From NCBI GenBank assembly GCA_964649615.1, contig CAZYPW010000002.1:66969-130968 (forward strand): 64,000 nucleotides of DNA, written 5' to 3'. This stretch comes from an uncultured Gammaproteobacteria bacterium (GTDB lineage: Bacteria; Patescibacteriota; Microgenomatia; Daviesbacterales; UBA10151). Shown here piece by piece: positions 18,229-26,523 of this stretch (the stretch's first letter is position 1; the number at the start of each line of letters is the position of its first letter). The notes below the pieces were generated by a model. The model saw only the letters and a list, made by a program, of their open reading frames with translations, made no database searches and was not told where the DNA came from. The position numbers were made by a program, and so were the translations under genes.

Positions 18229-19485
18229 TTAAGCTTTTTTAATCTCCGCTCCTAAGCCTCTTAATTTGCTGACTACATCCTCATACCCTCTCTCTATTAG
18301 TTCAGCTTGATTAATAACACTTTTACCTTTTGCTTTTAAGGAAGCTAAAACAAGTGCCATTCCTGCTCTGATGTCGGGGGTTTCTAGCTCTCTGCCTTTA
18401 AGTTTAGTAGGGCCATATACAAACACTCTGTGTGGATCAGCCAAGCTGATTTGGGCTCCCATACTAATTAACTTATCTACAAAAAACATTCTTGATTCAT
18501 ACATCCAATCATGGCACAGGGTTACACCTTTGCTTTGGGTTGCTAAAACAATAGCTGCACTCATTAAATCAGTTGGGAAACCTGGCCATATATTGGTAAT
18601 GATTTTTGGCACAGATTTCAAATTTGACTCAACCACACTTAATGTTTCATTATCCTGTTCAATTTTTATGCCAAATTTTTTTAAGGGAGACAGTATTGGT
18701 TCTAAGTCTGTAGTATCTAACCCTTTAATTTTAACTTTCCCTCCACAAATTGCGCAAGCAATTATATAGGTCCCAACCTCTATATAATCTATGCCTAATC
18801 TAAATTTAATACCTCGAAGTTGATTAATACCTTGAATAGTTAAGGTATCTGTCCCTATTCCAAGAATCTTTGCACCCATTAGATTTAGCATATTACAAAG
18901 ATCCTGGATATGTGGTTCCGTAGGAGTGTTTTTTATAATAATCTGCCTATTTCCTATCACAGAAACTAGGATTAAATTCTCAGCTGCTGTAACAGATGCT
19001 TCATCCAAAAAGATCTGGCTATTTTGTGTTTTATCAAAAGGGTTATATTCTACTGTATATTTTAAATCATTCTTTTTGATATTTGCCCCTAATTTTTTAA
19101 AACCTTCCAGATGAGTCTCTATGCTTCTTTTACCAATAATATCTCCTCCAGGATGATAAAAAGAAACTTTTTTTTGCCTGGAAAGCATAGCTCCTGATAA
19201 CACCACAGATCCCCTGAGTTTTTTTACTAAATCATCTGGTAAACTAGTTTTTTTAATTTCAGTAGCCTTAATATGAAGGTTAGAACCCATCTTTTTCACC
19301 ATCACGCCAATATTTTGTAAAATTTCTATTAATACCTCACTATCTCTGATTTCTGAAACATTTTCTAAAATTACCTCATCCTGGGTCAAAATGGCAGCAG
19401 CCACACAAGGGAATAAAGAATTTTTATTGCCTGAAACAGTTAATTCTCCTATTAATTTTTTTCCACCTTCAATTATATATTTCAT
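18229..19485 (-). CDS. murA: UDP-GlcNAc enolpyruvyl transferase MurA (Asp at the Cys115 position)
   Basis: SGNKN, LRGS, PGGD.IG.R, WPGFPTD, YESR, DIRAG, RGYE. Confidence 0.95.
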   Translation of the reverse strand: MKYIIEGGKKLIGELTVSGNKNSLFPCVAAAILTQDEVILENVSEIRDSEVLIEILQNIGVMVKKMGSNLHIKATEIKKTSLPDDLVKKLRGSVVLSGAMLSRQKKVSFYHPGGDIIGKRSIETHLEGFKKLGANIKKNDLKYTVEYNPFDKTQNSQIFLDEASVTAAENLILVSVIGNRQIIIKNTPTEPHIQDLCNMLNLMGAKILGIGTDTLTIQGINQLRGIKFRLGIDYIEVGTYIIACAICGGKVKIKGLDTTDLEPILSPLKKFGIKIEQDNETLSVVESNLKSVPKIITNIWPGFPTDLMSAAIVLATQSKGVTLCHDWMYESRMFFVDKLISMGAQISLADPHRVFVYGPTKLKGRELETPDIRAGMALVLASLKAKGKSVINQAELIERGYEDVVSKLRGLGAEIKKA

Positions 19486-20066
19486 ATTTTTGCCTTAATT
19501 TTAAATATAGCAGATAAAACAATATGTTTTTTTAAGTTTAACTGCTGAGGATCTATCTCTTCTATATCCTCACCTAAGGTTAATACTTTAATACTTTTGG
19601 CTTTACTTTGCAAAAGTGCACTGATAAATAAATTGCCTCCAATGCTTCCTGGAATATTCCTAAATTGCTCTGATGATAAATTTTGGCTATCTAAGAATTC
19701 TACAAATTTATTCAAACTTACTCCTGACTCCACCTCTATTAGTGCTTCCTCTACTCCAATTCCAAACCTGGTCACTTTACCTTTAACAGAAACTGTTTGA
19801 ATGTTTTTGGTTCTGTTTTTAATAACCAGCCCTGAGAATCCATAATCTGAAAGCATTACTTTACTTCCGGTTCCTAATAAAAAGAAGGGAATCTTTAATT
19901 CCCTGGACATACTGATAATTTTTATCAACTCAGATGTAGTAAAAGCTATAAAAAAAACTCTAGCAGGCCCCCCAACTCCTAAAGCAGCATAATTTTTCAC
20001 TTCCTCATTAAGTTTAAATCTCTCCTGCCCAAAAGAATTTATAATCAGCTTGTATTTATTATCCAT
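19482..20066 (-). CDS. MurB-like protein, FAD-binding N-terminal part only
   Basis: GVGGPA, LGTGSK.L.SD.GF.GLVI, IPGSIGG; only 194 aa with no MurB C-terminal domain. Confidence 0.7.
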   Translation of the reverse strand: MDNKYKLIINSFGQERFKLNEEVKNYAALGVGGPARVFFIAFTTSELIKIISMSRELKIPFFLLGTGSKVMLSDYGFSGLVIKNRTKNIQTVSVKGKVTRFGIGVEEALIEVESGVSLNKFVEFLDSQNLSSEQFRNIPGSIGGNLFISALLQSKAKSIKVLTLGEDIEEIDPQQLNLKKHIVLSAIFKIKAKI

Positions 20067-21261
20067 TTTCTAGAGTACTTTTTACTGCCTGAAAATCCGA
20101 CCAGGGAATTTCCCTTTTTCCATCAAGATTAATTGATTTTTCATGGCCTTTGCCAAAAATAGCTATGGTATCTCCCTTTTTCCCCAAACTATTTATAGCA
20201 AAATCTATAGCCTTTTTTCTATCATCAATTATAAAAAAATTCCTGTTTAAAGCTCCCCCTGCACTTTCAACTCCTTGCTTTATTTGCTGATTAATTTCTT
20301 GCAGTTGTCCCCTTGGATCTTCTGAGGTAATAATTACAAAATCAGCTAATTTTTTGCTAATCTCCCCCATTAAACTCCTTTTTTTAATATCCCTTTTACC
20401 CGCTGATCCAAAGATAGCAATTAATCTTCCTTTAGTTTCTTTTTTTAAGGTTTTGAGGGCTTGTTCTAAGGCATTAGGCGTATGAGCAAAATCTATAATA
20501 ATTTTAATACCTCTGTTACTGCTTATTTCTTCCATCCTTCCTTCTACTCCGCTAAATTCCTCAAGTTTTCTTTGTGCCACATTTTTATCAATACCCAAGA
20601 CAAAAGCCACAGCCAAAGCTGCTAAGGCATTTTCAAGATTATAATCACCAGGAATTCTTAACTTTAACTTTATCTCTTTCTGATTAAGATCTCCCTGGTT
20701 TAAACCAAAAGTAATTAATTTCTCTTTAAACACTTTTACTACGGCCGTCAGATTTTGATTAATAATTACTCTATCTGATTTTTCAATCAGTTTTATTTTA
20801 GTATTAGAATAATTCTCAAAAGTTTTGTGATAGTCCAAATGCTCATGGGTAATATTAGTGATTACCCCAACATCAAATTTAATCCCCCAAAATCTATATT
20901 GATCTAAGGCATGTGAGGTTACTTCCAAAACTAAATATTCATCTCCACTATGCTTTGCAGAATTTGCAAATTTTTGTATCATAAATGGATCAGGGCTCGT
21001 AACATGAAATCCTGTATCATAAGTTTCCCCTCCAATTTCAGCATTAACAGTAGAAACCATAGAAACTTTTTTTCCAGCAGCTTTTAGAATCTGATAAATC
21101 ATATTTACAGCTGTAGTTTTCCCATCAGTTCCAGTTACCCCAATCACCTTAAGTTTTCTAGTGGGAAATACATATATCCAATTTGCCAAAACAGCTTTTG
21201 GCAGGTGATAAAAATTATTAATAGTTGATTGAGAAATAACCTTTTTTAAAAGTTGCTTCAT
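20059..21261 (-). CDS. murE: UDP-MurNAc-dipeptide:amino-acid ligase MurE
   Basis: GVTGTDGKTT, VTSPD, LEVTSHALDQ.R, TNITHEHLDYH, DFAHTP.AL, G.RD..KR, GKGHE. Confidence 0.9.
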   Translation of the reverse strand: MKQLLKKVISQSTINNFYHLPKAVLANWIYVFPTRKLKVIGVTGTDGKTTAVNMIYQILKAAGKKVSMVSTVNAEIGGETYDTGFHVTSPDPFMIQKFANSAKHSGDEYLVLEVTSHALDQYRFWGIKFDVGVITNITHEHLDYHKTFENYSNTKIKLIEKSDRVIINQNLTAVVKVFKEKLITFGLNQGDLNQKEIKLKLRIPGDYNLENALAALAVAFVLGIDKNVAQRKLEEFSGVEGRMEEISSNRGIKIIIDFAHTPNALEQALKTLKKETKGRLIAIFGSAGKRDIKKRSLMGEISKKLADFVIITSEDPRGQLQEINQQIKQGVESAGGALNRNFFIIDDRKKAIDFAINSLGKKGDTIAIFGKGHEKSINLDGKREIPWSDFQAVKSTLENG

Positions 21262-21270
21262 GTGCCTAAT

Positions 21271-21475
21271 TATAACGTAAACGTTACAAGAAGTTTACGA
21301 TGTAATCGTAAACGATTATAAACTTCCGCGATTTGTAAGTCCGCGGTTTTCTTAAAAGTTTACAAGAAACTGCAGAAAACCTTAACTCAGTATACCACCT
21401 ATCCCGCGGAAGACTGTAATCACTTTAGCATTCATCCCCGCTTTAAGAAAGCGGGGTTTTCTGCTAGTGATTATA
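21271..21475. repeat. Nest of short inverted-repeat units with TGTAA/TATAA...TTACA/TTATA ends
   Basis: tataacgtaaacgttaca (21271), tgtaatcgtaaacgattata (21301), inverted ttccgcg/cgcggaa pair (21324, 21405), tgtaatcact...agtgattata (21415-21475). Confidence 0.6.
21428..21463. mobile_element. IS200/IS605-like terminal hairpin remnant
   Basis: gcattcatccccgcttt-aag-aaagcggggttttctg resembles IS200/IS605 end hairpins (recalled, not searched); no tnpA/tnpB adjacent. Confidence 0.5.
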
Positions 21476-21499
21476 ACATCAGAAAAATATTTAATGGAT

Positions 21500-21537
21500 A
21501 ATTTCAAACTATATACGGCCGTGAGTAGTTTGAAATT
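21500..21537. repeat. 38-bp palindrome (ACGGCCGT core) just after the PaaX-like stop codon
   Basis: aatttcaaactatatacgg|ccgtgagtagtttgaaatt; 16 of 19 pairs Watson-Crick. Confidence 0.75.
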
Positions 21538-21540
21538 TAT

Positions 21541-22041
21541 TTAATCCACATTATTTGACTCAATTACTCTAACCCAATCCTTTATTCCAACTTTTCTAAT
21601 GAACTTTCTCAACAGTTCTGTGCAATTTTTCTTTGTTACCCAAACACTTTGTTGCCAGGGTATAAATCCCCATGATTTTAATTTCTGCCTAAGAACATCT
21701 CTTGCAACTCTTCTTTTCTCAGGAATATCAAATATTATTATTCTCCATTTTCCATCCCATTTGTCCTCATCCATAAGTAATTTTGAGAAAAGAGCCTTTT
21801 CCTTACCCTTATCTGTTAATCTAAGAACAAGTTGAGTATCGTCAATAAAATCTACCAGACCGTTTTCTCTAAGTCTTTTTAGAGCTAAAGCAAAAGATGA
21901 TTTCTTTAAAGGATAATCCCAACCACTATGATAAGCATCATATCCTGGATTATTAATAAGATCATCAAACCTTATAACCCCATCCACTGATTTTTCTAAA
22001 GCTAACAAGATCAAGCTAGATAAACTTTTCTTTTTATACAT
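21541..22041 (-). CDS. Short PaaX-like protein: winged HTH + Cas2-like ferredoxin-fold domain
   Basis: ALKRLRENGLV...LRLTDKG (wHTH) then WDGKWRIIIFDIPE.RR..RD.LR..L...GF...QQSVW; no PaaX C-terminal domain. Confidence 0.85.
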   Translation of the reverse strand: MYKKKSLSSLILLALEKSVDGVIRFDDLINNPGYDAYHSGWDYPLKKSSFALALKRLRENGLVDFIDDTQLVLRLTDKGKEKALFSKLLMDEDKWDGKWRIIIFDIPEKRRVARDVLRQKLKSWGFIPWQQSVWVTKKNCTELLRKFIRKVGIKDWVRVIESNNVD

Positions 22042-22077
22042 ATTTCAAGATTATCACGGCCGTGGGTACTTTGTCGA
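22042..22077 (-). promoter_or_regulatory. Upstream palindrome copy overlapping the PaaX-like promoter (putative operator)
   Basis: atttcaagattatcacggccgtgggtactttg matches 21501-21532 at 24/32; on the minus strand TCGACA-18 bp-TAATCT with extended TG, then ATG 6 nt later. Confidence 0.7.
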
Positions 22078-22136
22078 TAATAATCTTAAAAAAGTCTTAG
22101 CTTTAATTTTTCCAGGGAGCCAGAAAATCAGCTGTA

Positions 22137-22167
22137 TACCTCCAAGTGTCCTAAGTAAACACCTCGA
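22137..22167. repeat. Degenerate CACCTCCGAGGTG-family copy
   Basis: tacctccaagtg-tcctaagtaa-acacctcga, same two-arm layout as the 1912 and 27981 copies. Confidence 0.4.
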
Positions 22168-22217
22168 TATGTTATTCACTGGGAGCAATTTTATAGTAAG
22201 CGAGGCTTGCTTTAAGC

Positions 22218-23921
22218 TCACTCCGAAGGAGCGATCTTAAAGTAGGTAAAAAGTTCTTTGGCTATTTCAAAAAAGGTGGGGGCTGCTGTTTCTGAACCAT
22301 ATACAGAAGATGAAGGTTGATCATATCTAACCAGCATCACAAATTTTGGATCATCGGCTGGGGCAAAACCCACAAATGAAGCAATGGTTTTATTTGGATC
22401 ATAATGCCCTGCAATAGGAATTTGAGCAGTACCTGTTTTACCGGCAATTTTAAACCCCTTAGGTTTAGCAAATTTTGCTTCTCCTTCCTCTACTGCTGCC
22501 ACCATCATCTCTGTTACAATCTTGGCAGTACTTTCTTTGATGACTTGTTTTACAATCTTAGGTTTTATCTCATAGGTATCGTTATCTCCTACAATTTTTT
22601 TTACAATTTGTGGCTCCATTAGAGATCCTCCATTAGCAATAGCTGCTACAGCCCTAACCATTTGAATAGGAGTAACTGCAATTCCCTGACCAAAGGAAGC
22701 TGTTGCCAGATCAATCTCACGCCAGTTTGTTTTATCCCTTATTTCAGGTGAGGATTCATCCTGCAAGTCAATTTTTGTCTGTTCACCAAAGCCAAAATTT
22801 TGCAAATATTCATAAAATTTATCCAAACCCAATTTTTGGGCAGTAAAAACCATTCCAGTATTATCTGAGTGAATAATTACCTCCTTTAAGCTAATTTCCT
22901 CCTGGTATTTATTATTCCAGGTTCTAATAATAAACCCACCTTGAGAGATTGGCCCTGAACATATATCACATTTGGTATCAGGTTTGACTAAATCCTCATT
23001 TATTGCTCCTGCCATCACTAAAACTTTAAAAGTAGAACCAGGCTCATACTGGTCAGCAACTACTGGATTTTTATAATTTTCTTTAGGAAAATCAAAATAT
23101 TTTAACGGATCATAATTAGGGTAAGAGGCCATTCCTAAAATAGCCCCTGTGCTGGGCTCCATCACTACCACCAAACCAGCCTTAGCCCCATATTTTTCCA
23201 TCCCTTTTTTAAGGATATTCTCTACTATAAATTGGACTGAACGGTCAATATGAAGCACTAAATCCTTACCATTTTTAGCATCAGTGGTTAAAAAATTACC
23301 TATCAAAATTGGTAAACCTAAAGCATCTTTTTCATGTTTAATTAAGCCTGATACACCCTTTAGCTCACCCTCATAAAAACCTTCAACTCCAAAATATCCT
23401 GTACTTGCCCCTTTAGCATCAGATCCGACAAACCCAAGCAGATGGGCGGTACTTGATCCTTCTGGATAAAAACGGAGGCTGCTTTGCTCAAAACCTACCC
23501 CGGTAATCTTTTGATCCTCAATCTCTTTTTTTTGCCCAACTGTGATATTTTTTTTCAAAGATACCCAATATAAATCCTGTGATAGCTTTTCTATAAAATT
23601 TTTAGCCAGCTCTTCAATTTGGCTTTCTTTCACATCAGGCAATAAAATTCTGGCCAATTTATAAACAGTCTCTATTCTTTTTTCTTTTTCAATTGATTTT
23701 GGCAGGCCAAAAAGAGAATATGCAGGATTAGTGGAAGCAATCAGAGTACCATCAGAAAAATGGATATTGCCCCGGGTAGCACTGACTCTTATGCTGCTTG
23801 TATACTGGTTCTCTGCTTGAGCTTGTAAAAACTCTGCTTTAACTATCTGCCAGTAAAAAAGCCTTAAGGTAATGCTTACAAAAAAGATTATAAAAAATAA
23901 TTTAATCCAATATATCCGCAT
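22218..23921 (-). CDS. ftsI: Class B penicillin-binding protein FtsI/PBP3
   Basis: RGNI, RFYPEG, EPGSTFK (SxxK), SDN (SxN), KTGTAQ. Confidence 0.92.
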   Translation of the reverse strand: MRIYWIKLFFIIFFVSITLRLFYWQIVKAEFLQAQAENQYTSSIRVSATRGNIHFSDGTLIASTNPAYSLFGLPKSIEKEKRIETVYKLARILLPDVKESQIEELAKNFIEKLSQDLYWVSLKKNITVGQKKEIEDQKITGVGFEQSSLRFYPEGSSTAHLLGFVGSDAKGASTGYFGVEGFYEGELKGVSGLIKHEKDALGLPILIGNFLTTDAKNGKDLVLHIDRSVQFIVENILKKGMEKYGAKAGLVVVMEPSTGAILGMASYPNYDPLKYFDFPKENYKNPVVADQYEPGSTFKVLVMAGAINEDLVKPDTKCDICSGPISQGGFIIRTWNNKYQEEISLKEVIIHSDNTGMVFTAQKLGLDKFYEYLQNFGFGEQTKIDLQDESSPEIRDKTNWREIDLATASFGQGIAVTPIQMVRAVAAIANGGSLMEPQIVKKIVGDNDTYEIKPKIVKQVIKESTAKIVTEMMVAAVEEGEAKFAKPKGFKIAGKTGTAQIPIAGHYDPNKTIASFVGFAPADDPKFVMLVRYDQPSSSVYGSETAAPTFFEIAKELFTYFKIAPSE

Positions 23922-24220
23922 TAACGGATATATTGTATATTGGTTAGCTTAGAAAAACCAAGGCTAGCAGATGATGAAGCAATAGTTGATAAAGAGGACC
24001 CCTGGGCAATTTGGTTTTCCAGGATTCGATTTTCTTGTGTCAAATTTTTTCTAATAGCCTGCAAGGATTCAAATTTTTGGCCATAAGTGACTGTGGTATT
24101 ACTAACCCAAATTTCCAGCATCACTAGAGAAAACAGTCCAAAAATTGAGAGGACTATATATTTTTTGCTAAGCCTACTTGGTTTTATTTCTTCTGTGTCA
24201 AATTTTTTAATTATAGTCAT
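23921..24220 (-). CDS. ftsL: FtsL-like protein
   Basis: 99 aa, single TM + coiled coil, between rsmH and ftsI. Confidence 0.65.
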   Translation of the reverse strand: MTIIKKFDTEEIKPSRLSKKYIVLSIFGLFSLVMLEIWVSNTTVTYGQKFESLQAIRKNLTQENRILENQIAQGSSLSTIASSSASLGFSKLTNIQYIR

Positions 24221-25095
24221 AGTTCAAATATCCTCATTTTTGCCGATCTTGAGCGGGGATTACTCTTCAGCTCTTCCTCGCTTGGTGTAATCGGTTTATC
24301 TGTTAGAATGTGGCCTAAATTTTGATCTTGCCATCTCAAAAATGTATTTTTGACAATCCTGTCTTCCAAAGAATGAAAGGAAATTAACACAATCCTTCCT
24401 TCCACCAGATCTTTAACCTCATCTAACCCTTCTTGTAAAACATTCAATTCATCATTCACTGCTATTCTTAATGCTTGAAAAGCTTTAGTTGCAGGATGCA
24501 TTTTTCCCCTTCTTCCTAAACTTTTCTCTGCAATTTCTGCCAGATCCTTGGTTGTCTTAATCTGCCTTATTTGACGGGCGCTGATAATAGCAGCAGATAA
24601 GGCTTTAGCAAATTTTTCTTCACCCAATTTAGTAAATAGCTCATATAATTCTCCTTTATTTAATACATTCACCAAATCTAAAGCCTTAACTTGTAAGGTA
24701 GGATCCATTCTCATATCCAAAGAGCCTTCATACATAAAAGAAAACCCCCTTTCAGGAGTCTGAAGTTGCAAACTGGAGACCCCCAAATCAAAAATTGCCC
24801 CCACAAATTTTTGGCCTGTAAGTTCCGCGGGCTCTAATAAATTTTTAATGTCTCTAAAATTTCCCTGAACTAACTTAAATCTATTCTCATCTATCCCTAA
24901 ACCCTTCAGCCTTATCTTTACCCTTTGGAGGGCCTGCGGATCTACATCAATTCCCAAAACCTTCCCGCCTCTTTTAAGTATTTCAACCGTATGCCCTCCA
25001 TCACCCAAAGTTGTATCCAGATACCACCTATCTCCTACAACTTTTAATGCTTCAATTGCTTCTTTTAAAAGAACACTCCTGTGATACCCTTCCAT
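24217..25095 (-). CDS. rsmH: 16S rRNA m4C1402 methyltransferase
   Basis: H.SVLL.E, DTTLGDGGH, DLGVSS.QL, LDMRMD, FQALRIAVNDEL, SFHSLEDRIVK, NPRSRSAK. Confidence 0.96.
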   Translation of the reverse strand: MEGYHRSVLLKEAIEALKVVGDRWYLDTTLGDGGHTVEILKRGGKVLGIDVDPQALQRVKIRLKGLGIDENRFKLVQGNFRDIKNLLEPAELTGQKFVGAIFDLGVSSLQLQTPERGFSFMYEGSLDMRMDPTLQVKALDLVNVLNKGELYELFTKLGEEKFAKALSAAIISARQIRQIKTTKDLAEIAEKSLGRRGKMHPATKAFQALRIAVNDELNVLQEGLDEVKDLVEGRIVLISFHSLEDRIVKNTFLRWQDQNLGHILTDKPITPSEEELKSNPRSRSAKMRIFEL

Positions 25096-25099
25096 AACC

Positions 25100-25492
25100 C
25101 TATTTCAATCGTTCTTGCTGCTTTTTCCAAAGATTTAAATCCCATACCTCAAAATGATCACCTGCACCGATAATAAACACCTCTTTCTTCAAATTTAAAT
25201 TCTCTATAAACTCTTGGGGAAGAATAAATCTTCCCTGAGTATCCAAGGTGCATTCCTCCGCTTTAGGAAAAAGCTTCAGCCTTTTTACTCTACCCTCCTC
25301 TGTGGAAAGTGGGAATTCCAGAATACTACCTGTTAATTTCGACCAATTTCTAGGATCAAATCCCCATATTTCCCCATTTTCCCCCAAAAGTATATAAAAC
25401 TTATCTTCATTCCCTAATTCCTTCCTAAACCTCTTTGGTAAAATTAGTCTATTTCTGCCACTGAAGTAAGTTTTAAATCTACCCAAGAACAT
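25100..25492 (-). CDS. mraZ: Transcriptional regulator MraZ
   Basis: MFLG, RLILPKRFR, LDTQGRFILP, GAGDHFEVWD; head of the dcw cluster. Confidence 0.9.
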   Translation of the reverse strand: MFLGRFKTYFSGRNRLILPKRFRKELGNEDKFYILLGENGEIWGFDPRNWSKLTGSILEFPLSTEEGRVKRLKLFPKAEECTLDTQGRFILPQEFIENLNLKKEVFIIGAGDHFEVWDLNLWKKQQERLK

Positions 25493-25520
25493 GAAGCCAT
25501 CTTCTTTCTGGGCAGTTTCA

Positions 25521-25562
25521 CCATCTATTACTATTTTCCGCCATTTTAATACTAATTGTCAA
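25521..25562 (-). promoter_or_regulatory. Putative MraZ boxes and -35 of the dcw promoter
   Basis: Minus strand ATGG/ATAG/ATGG at 10-nt period (plus-strand 25541, 25531, 25521) downstream of TTGACA. Confidence 0.5.
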
Positions 25563-25605
25563 TACCCATTTTGGGCTTTTTGGCTAGGCGAACTGCGATG
25601 CGGCT

Positions 25606-26523
25606 CTATTTTTTAGGAGTTAAAACTGCAAATATACCTGCACCTTCTGCTTTTCCAGATAATTTAGATCCATCTATTTTTGTATCTATTTCTTCCCAGT
25701 CATTTTTAGATTCATTAAACCTGTAAACTAAAGCACCCTCTGCAGGACTTTCGGCAAGTTCCAAAGTTATATCTCCATGAGGCAAATCCTTAGCTGTAGG
25801 AACATTTAAAGCATAAACTTTCCCTAAAACCTCTTTTCCATTTGGCAGCTTGGGTACTCCTGTTAAATCCTGAGTAATAGAAAATCCTACTGCATTCAAT
25901 TCCTCTCTTTTGGCATCAACTTTATAGCTAAAATGGTTGTCTCCTGAAGTTAAATTCCCTAATGCTAGGTCTGGCTTTTGCAAATGCCACAATGTTACCA
26001 TTCTATATGCTTTATTGCCTTTCCTGATGTGCAAAGTTAATGTCCCGTTTTCCACTCCTTTATCATATTTACAAACCTGCTTAGAACAAGTCCCAAATAA
26101 AATCTCCTGCTCATACTCACCTTTTTTATCCCCTGTTTCGATTGTTCCTGAAACTCCTCTGTCTATGCTTCCTCCAACTGATCCTTCTCCATCATCTTCT
26201 GTTATTCTGTTACCAGAAACCACAGTCTCCTCAGGAGTACTACTGTAAGCTAGATCATAAGAAATGGAATCATAAGAGCTAGTTCTTTTAATATTTAAAA
26301 CTAAGGCATTTCCATCACGTCTTGGGTAAGTTAGCGCATATGGACCTTCAGCATCAAAAAATAGATCAACTTCTTCTGAAACTTCTTGATTGGAATTAAA
26401 ATTTTGAAAAACAAAAGACCCTGCACTAATAATAAGAAGTAAACCAAGGGCCAAAAAAACAGTCACCTTGTGGGCAACCAGAAAAATACGAAATTTTTCT
26501 AACAAAGCATTAAATGCGTTCAT
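25606..26523 (-). CDS. Membrane-anchored extracytoplasmic hypothetical protein
   Basis: N-terminal TM, FGTCSKQVCKYD cysteine pair, beta-rich C-terminus. Confidence 0.75.
   Translation of the reverse strand: MNAFNALLEKFRIFLVAHKVTVFLALGLLLIISAGSFVFQNFNSNQEVSEEVDLFFDAEGPYALTYPRRDGNALVLNIKRTSSYDSISYDLAYSSTPEETVVSGNRITEDDGEGSVGGSIDRGVSGTIETGDKKGEYEQEILFGTCSKQVCKYDKGVENGTLTLHIRKGNKAYRMVTLWHLQKPDLALGNLTSGDNHFSYKVDAKREELNAVGFSITQDLTGVPKLPNGKEVLGKVYALNVPTAKDLPHGDITLELAESPAEGALVYRFNESKNDWEEIDTKIDGSKLSGKAEGAGIFAVLTPKK

Noticed and set aside
21271-22041. CRISPR-Cas locus (Cas2-like protein plus nearby repeats)
   Set aside because: No regularly spaced direct repeats with unique spacers and no cas1 or effector genes; the protein has an N-terminal wHTH like PaaX.
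22196-22210. Small hairpin gtaagc-gag-gcttgc after ftsI as a terminator
   Set aside because: Short stem and no convincing U-tract on the coding strand.
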